Shown here: in pieces, positions 50,336 to 58,195 of the stretch
Position numbering within the stretch: the first letter of the stretch is position 1
Layout of the letters: every line of letters starts with the position of its first letter
Assembly (NCBI GenBank): GCA_002796135.1
Contig: PCWB01000027.1
Span: 1,724-65,723, forward strand
From: Candidatus Omnitrophica bacterium CG11_big_fil_rev_8_21_14_0_20_41_12
GTDB lineage: Bacteria > Omnitrophota > Gorgyraeia > Gygaellales > Profunditerraquicolaceae
Length of the DNA: 64,000 nucleotides
Reading direction: 5' to 3'
Program-made: the position numbers and the translations under genes
The notes under the pieces: model-generated
Database searches by the model: none
What the model saw: the letters and a program-made list of their open reading frames with translations, nothing else
Told to the model about the DNA's origin: nothing

Positions 50336-51187
50336 CTAGACCTGCAGGCTATCAATAAGACGGGCCATAATAAAATCATTCTCAGTAAGGCCTCCGGCAA
50401 CAAATGTAGTCAGCGTGACCTTTAGCATGCTATAGACAATCATCATCATCGGATGATGCCCCTGCTCCTGGGCAATGATTGAGATTAAATCCAGAAAATA
50501 TTTGGCATCTACAAAATCCTTGAATTTAAATTCTTTAACCATTTTTCTAAAATCCGATGACTCCCAACCGGGATACTCCGGCAGTAATTTTTCTACTTTC
50601 TCCTTGGGCATCGCCGATACTACGCCTTTACAAGGTTGACATTCATAAATCAACTCTTCTTTAATCGGGCTAGCCGGACTTTTAATCACTGTTTCCAAAT
50701 TACTCAGTACTTCATCGTAATTTAGCGGCGCGGTTAACTCCGGGGCTATCTGCAAATAACGCAAAACGTTATTTTTATCTATAATCAAGGCCGCCCTGGC
50801 CAAGAGATTCAGCCCTTTGATCAATAAGCCGTAGTTTATCCCGAATGAAGAAGTTTTATAATCAGAAAAAACATGCACATCTTTTATATCAAAACTTTCA
50901 CAGAAACGCTGCTGCGCAAAAGGCAGGTCCTTACTGATCCCTAAAATCACCGCCTCCTGCGACAACCCGGCTGCCCTTTTATTAAACTCTTTTACCTGTA
51001 AATCACAAACCGGAGTATCCAGCGACGGGAATAAATTAATTACCTTGATCTTATTTTTAAAATCAACTAAACCTGTTTCTTTAAGGTCGTGAGAAAATAC
51101 CTTAAAATCCGGAGCAGGATCTCCTGGCTTCAAATTTCTTCCAACTAGAGTAAGCGGATTACCTTTAAAAGTTATGCTCCTGCCCAT
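50336..51187 (-). CDS. Fusion protein: thiol peroxidase (Tpx, atypical 2-Cys peroxiredoxin) fused to pterin-4a-carbinolamine dehydratase (PCD/DCoH)
   Basis: Residues 1 to about 170 align end-to-end with Tpx (FKGNPLTL...FPSLDTPVCDLQV...DLPFAQQRFC...). Residues from about 185 to 283 are a complete PCD domain (EYPGWESSDF...EFKFKDFVDAKYF...GHHPMMMIVYSMLKVTLTTFVAGGLTENDFIMARLID). The reading frame is continuous, with no internal stop. Confidence 0.8.
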   Translation of the reverse strand: MGRSITFKGNPLTLVGRNLKPGDPAPDFKVFSHDLKETGLVDFKNKIKVINLFPSLDTPVCDLQVKEFNKRAAGLSQEAVILGISKDLPFAQQRFCESFDIKDVHVFSDYKTSSFGINYGLLIKGLNLLARAALIIDKNNVLRYLQIAPELTAPLNYDEVLSNLETVIKSPASPIKEELIYECQPCKGVVSAMPKEKVEKLLPEYPGWESSDFRKMVKEFKFKDFVDAKYFLDLISIIAQEQGHHPMMMIVYSMLKVTLTTFVAGGLTENDFIMARLIDSLQV

Positions 51188-51217
51188 AAATACCTCCTTA
51201 AAAGTATTAATAAATTC

Positions 51218-51787
51218 TTAAGGTCTTTTAGCCAGCATATCGAACTCTACATTAAGCTTATCCGACGGGCCTTTAAAATTCAACGTAGTATTTTTAAGCG
51301 TATGCGGGATAATACAGACATTAAAAACATTTCCTCTGATTTTGGCTAAGGTCAAACTTATGCCATCCAGCGATATCGACCCCTTAGGCAAACAGTAGCG
51401 CAAAAATTCAGGCGGAACCGCAACTTCTAATTCCACGCTGCCGTTACGCAGTCCTCTCTTACGCACCAGGCCCAGGCAATCAACATGGCCGCTGACAAAA
51501 TGGCCGCTGACCCTGTCCCCGACCTTTAAACTGCGCTCAAGGTTGACTTTTTTACCGATGCTCAGTAATCCTAAATTAGTACTCTTAAATGTAGTATTCA
51601 TAACTTCAAATCTAAGCGAATTACTTCCAAGAGTCACAGCCGTCAGGCATACTCCGTTGACCGAAACACTGTCGCCGAGCTTAGTATCAATTAGAACTTC
51701 CTTGGCACTAATTTCCAAGGAAGTTACTCCTGCCTGATGCGTTATTTTTTTTACCTCTCCCAATTCTTCGACGATTCCGGTAAACAT
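51218..51787 (-). CDS. ribE: Riboflavin synthase alpha subunit
   Basis: MFTGIVEELGEV lumazine-binding repeat. Start set at the internal ATG 51787 (AAGGTG RBS), 1 nt after the ribD stop. Confidence 0.85.
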   Translation of the reverse strand: MFTGIVEELGEVKKITHQAGVTSLEISAKEVLIDTKLGDSVSVNGVCLTAVTLGSNSLRFEVMNTTFKSTNLGLLSIGKKVNLERSLKVGDRVSGHFVSGHVDCLGLVRKRGLRNGSVELEVAVPPEFLRYCLPKGSISLDGISLTLAKIRGNVFNVCIIPHTLKNTTLNFKGPSDKLNVEFDMLAKRP

Positions 51788-51788
51788 T

Positions 51789-52883
51789 TTATAGCACCTT
51801 CGCTGCAAATAAGAATTCCTGGCCAAACCGTTTTATTTTCAAATCACTTAATTTTATTGCCTGATCTACGCGTTTAACCCCAATACCCATGACCGAAGAA
51901 ACAGCGTCTTTGCCGCCGATTATCTTCGGACTGACAAAAAATAAAATTCTGTCTACAAGCTTCTCATCAAAAAGCGAGCCGATCAACGTACCGCCGCCTT
52001 CAACGATCATGTTAGTAATTTTCAATTGGGCAATTTTTTTAAGAGCATCGCGTAGATTAATCTGTCCGGATTTTTCTTTCACTTCAAGAATTTTAGCTTT
52101 TGCCGCCAGCCTTTTGCGATTCTCTGTCTCCTGGCCCGGGCGGCTTGGCAAAGTAATAATGATCACCTGAGAGTCATCTGAAAAAATATTGGAATCCTCA
52201 GGAGTACTTAAAGTGCTATCGACAATAAGCTTAATCAGTTTTTTCTTGGTAAACCAAGTGTTCAAGCGCGGATTATCCCGCAGCACAGTATTGACCCCCA
52301 CCATAATCGCATCATAATTCTCACGCAACTTATGCGCATAACTGCGCGATTTATCAGAAGTAATCCACTTTGAATCTCCGGTACGGGTAGCAATTCTGCC
52401 GTCTAATGACTGGCCGACCTTAACTGTAACAAACGGAATCCTGGCAGTAATATATTTTATGAAACTCTCATTAATTTCTTTTAACTGGCTCTCTAAAAAA
52501 CCTACCCTTACTTTAATATTATTCTGCTTAAGCAGCATAACCCCTCTTCCGTTATTCAAGGGGTTCGGATCATACATCCCGACAACCACCTCTTTAATCC
52601 CGCTTTCAATTATACGATTAACACAAGGCGGGGTGCACCCGGTATGCGCACAAGGTTCAAGGGTGACATATAAAGTAGCTCCTTTTGCTTTTTTCTTGGC
52701 TTGATCCAAAGCAAGGATCTCCGCATGGGCTAACCCAGCTTTAGCATGGAAACCTTGACCGATGATTTTGCCTCTCTTAACCACCAAGGCTCCGACCAAA
52801 GGATTAGGATAAGTTTTTCCTTTTGCCTTTAAAGCTAACTTTAAAGCCAGCCCCATATAGTCTGCGTCGGTTTTTTTAATCAT
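51789..52883 (-). CDS. ribD: Bifunctional diaminohydroxyphosphoribosylaminopyrimidine deaminase / 5-amino-6-(5-phosphoribosylamino)uracil reductase
   Basis: CMP/dCMP deaminase zinc motif HAEILAL...TLEPCAHTGCTPPC and a C-terminal RibD reductase domain. Confidence 0.9.
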   Translation of the reverse strand: MIKKTDADYMGLALKLALKAKGKTYPNPLVGALVVKRGKIIGQGFHAKAGLAHAEILALDQAKKKAKGATLYVTLEPCAHTGCTPPCVNRIIESGIKEVVVGMYDPNPLNNGRGVMLLKQNNIKVRVGFLESQLKEINESFIKYITARIPFVTVKVGQSLDGRIATRTGDSKWITSDKSRSYAHKLRENYDAIMVGVNTVLRDNPRLNTWFTKKKLIKLIVDSTLSTPEDSNIFSDDSQVIIITLPSRPGQETENRKRLAAKAKILEVKEKSGQINLRDALKKIAQLKITNMIVEGGGTLIGSLFDEKLVDRILFFVSPKIIGGKDAVSSVMGIGVKRVDQAIKLSDLKIKRFGQEFLFAAKVL

Positions 52884-53695
52884 TTTTTAGCTTCGCGAAG
52901 TTTTTCTACCAGCTCAAGTGGTATTTTAATCATCCCTAATTTTATATCCGGTTTAGCGTTGCCGTGAAAATCGCTTCCTCCGGTAACCAAAAGATTCAAC
53001 TGCTTAGCTAAATTTAGGTAAAAATTAACCATGGATTGTGAATGTTCAGTGTAATAAATTTCTATCCCGTCTAAACCATACCCGCTGAATTCAGTGATCA
53101 GCTCGTCGTTATGCAAAATATAAGGATGCGCTAGTACTGCCAGGCCGCCGGCATCATGGATCATCTTGATTGCATCCGGGACCGTAAGATAAAAACCTAA
53201 AACATAAGCCGGGGACTTATCTCCGATATATTTACGAAATGCCTCCTGAATAGTTCTTACATTACCTTCTTGAACTAATGCCCTGGCGATATGCATCCTG
53301 CCTACCGTAGATTTTCCGGAGATCTTAAAAACAGCATCGGCATTAAGCTCAACTCCCAACCCTTTTAAATTTTCTATAATTTTATGTACCCGTTCAATGC
53401 GATTGGCCTGTAATAATTTTAATTTCTCTCGCAGCGTAGCATTGCGATAATCCATAAAATATCCCAGGATATGGATCTCCAGCCCTTCATGCTGGGCAGT
53501 CAATTCAATCCCGGGAATTATCTCTAAATCCGTGTCTTTGGCCGCCTCGATTGCTTCCTCAATCGCATCCAGCGTATCATGGTCAACAATGGCAATTGCC
53601 GAAAGATTGCGCTTAAGGCCTTCTTTGACTAATTGCGCAGGGGTATATGTACCGTCGCTGGCCAAAGTATGTACATGTAAATCAGCGAATTTCAT
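52880..53695 (-). CDS. PHP-domain phosphoesterase (TrpH/YciV-like)
   Basis: N-terminal DLHVHTLASDG followed by the His/Asp metal ligands of the PHP fold. It is embedded in the rib operon between nusB and ribD. Confidence 0.75.
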   Translation of the reverse strand: MKFADLHVHTLASDGTYTPAQLVKEGLKRNLSAIAIVDHDTLDAIEEAIEAAKDTDLEIIPGIELTAQHEGLEIHILGYFMDYRNATLREKLKLLQANRIERVHKIIENLKGLGVELNADAVFKISGKSTVGRMHIARALVQEGNVRTIQEAFRKYIGDKSPAYVLGFYLTVPDAIKMIHDAGGLAVLAHPYILHNDELITEFSGYGLDGIEIYYTEHSQSMVNFYLNLAKQLNLLVTGGSDFHGNAKPDIKLGMIKIPLELVEKLREAKK

Positions 53696-54108
53696 TTTTC
53701 TTTCTCAATTTTTACCTGATCCAAAATAGCATTTACAAACTTCCCAGATTCAATGCCGGAATATTTCTTAGCCAGCTCTACCGCCTCGTTAATTGCCACC
53801 TTAGGCGGAATATCCTGCCGGTACAGCAATTCAAAACATCCCAGGCGCATGATATTGCGATCAACAAAAGCCATGCGTTCAAGTTGCCAGTTAGCCGCAT
53901 ACTTGCTGATCTTTTTATCGATATCCTCCAGATGCCCGACTACTCCGCCAAGTAATTCCGTGGAAAAGTCTTTGGAGTCTGCGGCAGTATCATCCAGCTT
54001 ATTGCTTTGCCAGAAACTTTCGAAAACTTCCTTCCAGTCTCCCCGGGTGATATCTACCTGATAAAGCATCTGCAATACATATTCACGTGCTTTAGTCCGT
54101 TTACGCAT
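53692..54108 (-). CDS. nusB: Transcription antitermination factor NusB
   Basis: RTKAREYVLQMLYQVDI N-terminus. Shows the common ribH-nusB linkage. Confidence 0.9.
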   Translation of the reverse strand: MRKRTKAREYVLQMLYQVDITRGDWKEVFESFWQSNKLDDTAADSKDFSTELLGGVVGHLEDIDKKISKYAANWQLERMAFVDRNIMRLGCFELLYRQDIPPKVAINEAVELAKKYSGIESGKFVNAILDQVKIEKEK

Positions 54109-54112
54109 AGGT

Positions 54113-54580
54113 TTATTTTAATTGTCCGGATAAGCTAACCATCTCAATAGCTGACAAAGCGGCATCTCTACCTTTGTTACCGTCTTTAGAGCCTGCGCGC
54201 TCCACTGCCTGCTCGATACTATCGGCGGTAATTATACCAAAGATGACCGGTATTCCGCTATCTAAAGAAACTTTAGCAACCCCTTTAGCTGCTTCCGAAG
54301 CAATATAATCAAAATGCGGAGTTGCTCCGCGGATAACCGTACCTAAACAAATCAAAGCGTCAAAAGATTTGGTTTTAGCCATCTTCTGAGCAACCAGCGG
54401 AACCTCAAATGCGCCGGGAACCCAGGCTACCGTAATATCCTTATCTTCTGCTCCGTGCCGGACTAAAGTATCAATACAACCACTGACTAACTCTTTAGTC
54501 ATGAAATCATTGAAACGTGAAGCCACCAAACCAAAGGTTTGGCCTTTTGCCAACAGCTTGCCTTCAATTACCTTTGCCAT
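54113..54580 (-). CDS. ribH: 6,7-dimethyl-8-ribityllumazine synthase
   Basis: Lumazine synthase fold ([10 protein letters not shown]...[10 protein letters not shown]). Confidence 0.9.
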   Translation of the reverse strand: MAKVIEGKLLAKGQTFGLVASRFNDFMTKELVSGCIDTLVRHGAEDKDITVAWVPGAFEVPLVAQKMAKTKSFDALICLGTVIRGATPHFDYIASEAAKGVAKVSLDSGIPVIFGIITADSIEQAVERAGSKDGNKGRDAALSAIEMVSLSGQLK

Positions 54581-54594
54581 CTTTCCTCCTTGTG

Positions 54595-55803
54595 TTAGAG
54601 ATCTAGATAATGCCCTAGTTTCTCTTTTTTTGTTTTTAAATATTTATAATTCTGAGCGCCGGGTTTAATCTCTAACGATATGCGCTCGGCAACCTCTAAG
54701 CCATAACCTTCTAAACCTACGATCTTACGCGGATTATTCGTTAATAACTTTATTTTTTTAACTCCCAAATCAACCAGGATCTGAGCTCCGATGCCGTAAT
54801 CACGCAAATCAGCTTTATGCCCCAAGGCTTCATTGGCCTGAACAGTATCCATTCCCTGATCCTGAAGATTATACGCACGTATCTTTTCAACTAAGCCGAT
54901 ACCCCGGCCCTCCTGATTCATATAAAGGATTATGCCTTTTTTCTCGCCTCCGATGATCTCCATCGCTTTTTCTAATTGATGCCCGCAATCACAGCGTAGC
55001 GAACCAAAGACATCTCCGGTTAAACACTCCGAATGAACGCGCACCAATATTGACTCATCCGACCAGCTGCCCATACACAAAGCAATATGCGTTTGGGCGT
55101 TGGTTTTGTCGCGGTAAATAATTAATTTAAATTCTCCGAATTTTGTAGGTAATATTGTCTGAACCACTACTTCGACTAATTTTTCCCTCCTGCGGCGGTA
55201 TTCGATCAGGCTGGCAATCGAACAAATTTTTAAAGCGTGCTTTTTAGAAAATTCCAGAAGTTGCGGCAGGCGAGCCATTGAACCATCGTCATTCATAATC
55301 TCGCAAATTACTCCCGCCGAATAAAGCCCACAAAGACGCATTAAATCCAGGCTTGCCTCAGTATGCCCGGCGCGCACCAATACTCCACCGAGGCGCGAGC
55401 GTAGAGGAAAAACATGCCCCGGACGAATTAAGTCCTCAGGCTTGGTTTTAAGATTAGTTAAGATTTCAATTGTCTTGGCCCGATCAGCCGCAGAGATCCC
55501 CGTGCTTATCGAGCGCGCCGCATCAACCGAGATCATCCAGGCAGTCTTAAAAGGATCCTCCTTAGTCGCCGCCAGAGTATTTTTAAGCATTGGATCAAGC
55601 TCCAAAAAACGCAACCTCTCCTCTTCCATCGGAACACAGATCAGCCCCCGGCCGAATTTAGCCATAAAGTTTATATCTTCCGGCTTGGCACTTGAGGCAG
55701 CCATGATTAAATCACCTTCATTTTCGCGGTCTTCATCATCAACCACGATAACCATTTTGCCTGCTTTTAAATCTTCTAAAATTTCCGGTATTGAATTAAA
55801 CAT
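54595..55803 (-). CDS. ribBA: Bifunctional 3,4-dihydroxy-2-butanone-4-phosphate synthase / GTP cyclohydrolase II
   Basis: N-terminal DHBP synthase domain ([11 protein letters not shown]) and a C-terminal GCH-II zinc site (CxxGHxxxxxC type). Confidence 0.9.
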   Translation of the reverse strand: MFNSIPEILEDLKAGKMVIVVDDEDRENEGDLIMAASSAKPEDINFMAKFGRGLICVPMEEERLRFLELDPMLKNTLAATKEDPFKTAWMISVDAARSISTGISAADRAKTIEILTNLKTKPEDLIRPGHVFPLRSRLGGVLVRAGHTEASLDLMRLCGLYSAGVICEIMNDDGSMARLPQLLEFSKKHALKICSIASLIEYRRRREKLVEVVVQTILPTKFGEFKLIIYRDKTNAQTHIALCMGSWSDESILVRVHSECLTGDVFGSLRCDCGHQLEKAMEIIGGEKKGIILYMNQEGRGIGLVEKIRAYNLQDQGMDTVQANEALGHKADLRDYGIGAQILVDLGVKKIKLLTNNPRKIVGLEGYGLEVAERISLEIKPGAQNYKYLKTKKEKLGHYLDL

Positions 55804-55810
55804 AAGCCCC

Positions 55811-56081
55811 TGTAAAAAATAAGCCCAAAAAGATAATCCTCGGGCATCGTAATTTTAATCTTCTTCCATCTGGACTTTCTCATACGCTTTTACACCCCGC
55901 GTTTATAAGATATTACGCGGGTGTTCGTTCGTACGAACCATCGGCCCTGGAATCTCACCAGATCTGCCTAGCACATTGTTTAAGCACCCAGCGCTAAATT
56001 GCATTGCGCTGGTGCCTGCTCGTGCAGGGCTCGCGGGCTAAACCGCCGGTAAGGAATTTCACCTTGCCCTAAAGATTAATT
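55811..56081 (-). promoter_or_regulatory. FMN riboswitch (RFN element) with a terminator-type expression platform, leader of the rib operon
   Basis: The reverse complement contains the RFN cores GGGCAAGGUGAAAUUCCUUACCGGCGGU, AGCCCGCGAGC and GAUCUGGUGAGAUUCCAGGGCCGAUGGU, plus the 3' strand GUCCAGAUGGAAGAAGAU. An extra inserted hairpin (CACCCCGCG...CGCGGGGUG) is present. A hairpin GCCCGAGGAUUAUCUUUUUGGGC followed by UUAUUUUUU lies just before the ribBA RBS. Confidence 0.8.
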
Positions 56082-56087
56082 GTTAGT

Positions 56088-56115
56088 ATTTTAACAGAAA
56101 ATCTAACCTTGTCAA
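56088..56115 (-). promoter_or_regulatory. Promoter of the FMN riboswitch / rib operon
   Basis: The transcribed strand reads TTGACA-N16-TAAAAT. The predicted start falls at the riboswitch 5' end, about 56081. Confidence 0.45.
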
Positions 56116-56137
56116 TACAATTAAAAACGATTATAAT
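56109..56137 (+). promoter_or_regulatory. Promoter of cinA-C/thpR, divergent from the rib promoter and overlapping it; predicts a leaderless transcript
   Basis: TTGTCA-N17-TATAAT. The -35 hexamer overlaps the -35 of the opposing rib promoter in the palindromic TTGTCAA. The -10 ends 6 nt before the cinA ATG and no SD is present. Confidence 0.45.
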
Positions 56138-56143
56138 ACCTTT

Positions 56144-56614
56144 ATGGCCAATGAAATTTTAAAACAGGCGCATAAAAAATTGCTGGCAAAGGGCAAAACC
56201 ATCGCAATTGCCGAATCCTGCTCCGGAGGACTACTCTCCTGCCTCTTAACCGAGCTACCCGGATCCTCCAAATACTTTATCTCAGGAGTAGTTACCTACA
56301 GCAATAGCTCTAAAGAAAAAATCCTGAATATTCCCGCAAAAATAATCGCTAAATACGGAGCAGTCTCTAAAAATGTTGCGCTACTAATGGCAGAAAATAT
56401 CCGTAAAAAATCAAATTCCGACTTTGCCCTTAGCCTAACCGGAATTGCCGGACCTGCCGGCTCAACTAAAAATAAACCCATCGGTACGGTCTTTGTCTGT
56501 TTATCCTCTAAGAATAAAAATATCTGCCGTAAATTTTCTTTACGCGGCAGCCGCCAAGCTATCCGTAAAAAATCTGCTTACCAGGCTCTACGTCTATTAT
56601 GCGCGCATTTATAG
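56144..56614 (+). CDS. CinA C-terminal domain protein (nicotinamide-nucleotide amidohydrolase PncC-like)
   Basis: Standalone CinA_C domain (TIAIAESCSGGLLS...LTGIAGP). Confidence 0.8.
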   Translation: MANEILKQAHKKLLAKGKTIAIAESCSGGLLSCLLTELPGSSKYFISGVVTYSNSSKEKILNIPAKIIAKYGAVSKNVALLMAENIRKKSNSDFALSLTGIAGPAGSTKNKPIGTVFVCLSSKNKNICRKFSLRGSRQAIRKKSAYQALRLLCAHL

Positions 56615-57171
56615 CAATTGATCTGCCACCGCAAATCAAAGATGCAATCTCAAAAACACAGGATAAATTTAAAAATGCCTTACCTAAAATCAGCTGGGTA
56701 AAACCGGTTAACCTCCATCTTACTTTAAAGTTTCTTGGAGAAATATCTCCTAAACAGCTAGATTTGATAAATCAGATCATTGATAAGATTTGCAGCAAAG
56801 CCAATAACTTTAAGATCAGGCTGGAGGCCATGGATCTCCTCCCCGATATTGCTCGCGCACGGATAATCTGGATAGGTACTGAAAAAATAGAGGCGCAATT
56901 ACAGCAAATTGTCGAAGAGTTAGAGACAAAACTTTCACAATTAGGAATTCCTAAAGAAAAACGCCACTTTTGTGCGCATATTACTATCGGCCGCATCAAA
57001 ACGCATATTGCGCCTTCTATTCTAGAAGAAACGCTCGGGAAATTAAAAAATGGGCTGTTAAGAGAAAAATTGAAGTTTGCTGCAGAAAAGATTACTCTAT
57101 TCCAAAGCACACTTGGCCCGGCAGGGCCGGATTATGCGGTTTTAAAAGAAGCTAATTTTAAGATCACCTGA
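56599..57171 (+). CDS. thpR: RNA 2',3'-cyclic phosphodiesterase (2'-5' RNA ligase family, LigT/ThpR)
   Basis: Two HxT/Sx motifs (HLTLKF and HITIGR) in a 2H phosphoesterase fold. It overlaps the cinA stop. Confidence 0.8.
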   Translation: MRAFIAIDLPPQIKDAISKTQDKFKNALPKISWVKPVNLHLTLKFLGEISPKQLDLINQIIDKICSKANNFKIRLEAMDLLPDIARARIIWIGTEKIEAQLQQIVEELETKLSQLGIPKEKRHFCAHITIGRIKTHIAPSILEETLGKLKNGLLREKLKFAAEKITLFQSTLGPAGPDYAVLKEANFKIT

Positions 57172-57611
57172 AGCACGATATTTGTATATATACCTGCGAC
57201 TAAATCATCGATCATTATCCCGGATGCGCCATGCAGATACTGCAACCTGCCCACCGGAAACGGCTTAAGCGTATCCAGAATTCTAAAGATAAGAAAAGCC
57301 AAAATGATTATCTTCAAATCATACGGCATAAAACTCAAAGCCACCAACATACCCATGACTTCATCGATCACAACGCAGGAAGGATCTTTTTTATTGATTA
57401 ATTTTTCCATCCTGCCGCCGGTTAAAAACCCTAAAATTATTACGCACAAGATTACCGAAAAATAAGCCGGCTGACTTGCCCCCTTAAACAGATAAAATAA
57501 ACCAATTCCGGCAACGGTGCCGAAAGTCCCCGGCATCAAAGGCAAATATCCGATAAAAAAAACCGAAGCAACTGCCTTAGTCAAAAAATTACTAAAATCA
57601 TTTAGTTTCAT
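57132..57611 (-). CDS. pgpA: Phosphatidylglycerophosphatase A
   Basis: PgpA family membrane protein (FFIGYLPLMPGTFGT). Its 3' end overlaps the thpR 3' end by 40 nt in convergent orientation. Confidence 0.8.
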   Translation of the reverse strand: MKLNDFSNFLTKAVASVFFIGYLPLMPGTFGTVAGIGLFYLFKGASQPAYFSVILCVIILGFLTGGRMEKLINKKDPSCVVIDEVMGMLVALSFMPYDLKIIILAFLIFRILDTLKPFPVGRLQYLHGASGIMIDDLVAGIYTNIVLQVILKLASFKTA

Positions 57612-58195
57612 AAGCGGGTAATAATTTTGCGGTTATCCCAAAGATAGGATAATCCGGAGTAAAGGGTCAGGGCCACGGTAAGCAGCATAAGATAAAAAAT
57701 TCCCTGACGGAAAACACTCTCCCAGGCGGGATTCCAGGTGAAATATTTCAGCACAACTTCTTTAAGCAGGATAAAACCTAAAATTGTAAAAATCACCAGC
57801 ATTTGCAAAACTGTTTTATGCTTGCCGGCGCGCGCTGCGGATAATACCTTGCCTTTATTTAAAGCAAATAGGCGCAAAGAAGTAATCAGAATTTCCCTGG
57901 AGACAATGATCATAAACATCCAGGCGTCGATCAATTGCAACTGCACAAATGCCGCAAAAGCCGTCAAGACCAGAATTTTATCAGCAATCGGATCCATAAA
58001 CCTACCGAAATCCGTAACCATATTCCTGCGTTTAGCTATAAAACCATCGAGAAAATCAGAAACGGCAGCAAAAATAAATATAACCAAAGCCAATAGCTTT
58101 GTCCACCAGATCTTATCCAGTGCCGGCAGAAAAAGTAAAGCAAAGACAAAAGTAAGAATTATCCGAAGCATGGTTATTTTATTGGCAAGATTCAT
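57608..58195 (-). CDS. pgsA: CDP-diacylglycerol-glycerol-3-phosphate 3-phosphatidyltransferase
   Basis: CDP-alcohol phosphatidyltransferase motif DFLDGFIAKRRNMVTDFGRFMDPIADK. Confidence 0.85.
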   Translation of the reverse strand: MNLANKITMLRIILTFVFALLFLPALDKIWWTKLLALVIFIFAAVSDFLDGFIAKRRNMVTDFGRFMDPIADKILVLTAFAAFVQLQLIDAWMFMIIVSREILITSLRLFALNKGKVLSAARAGKHKTVLQMLVIFTILGFILLKEVVLKYFTWNPAWESVFRQGIFYLMLLTVALTLYSGLSYLWDNRKIITRL

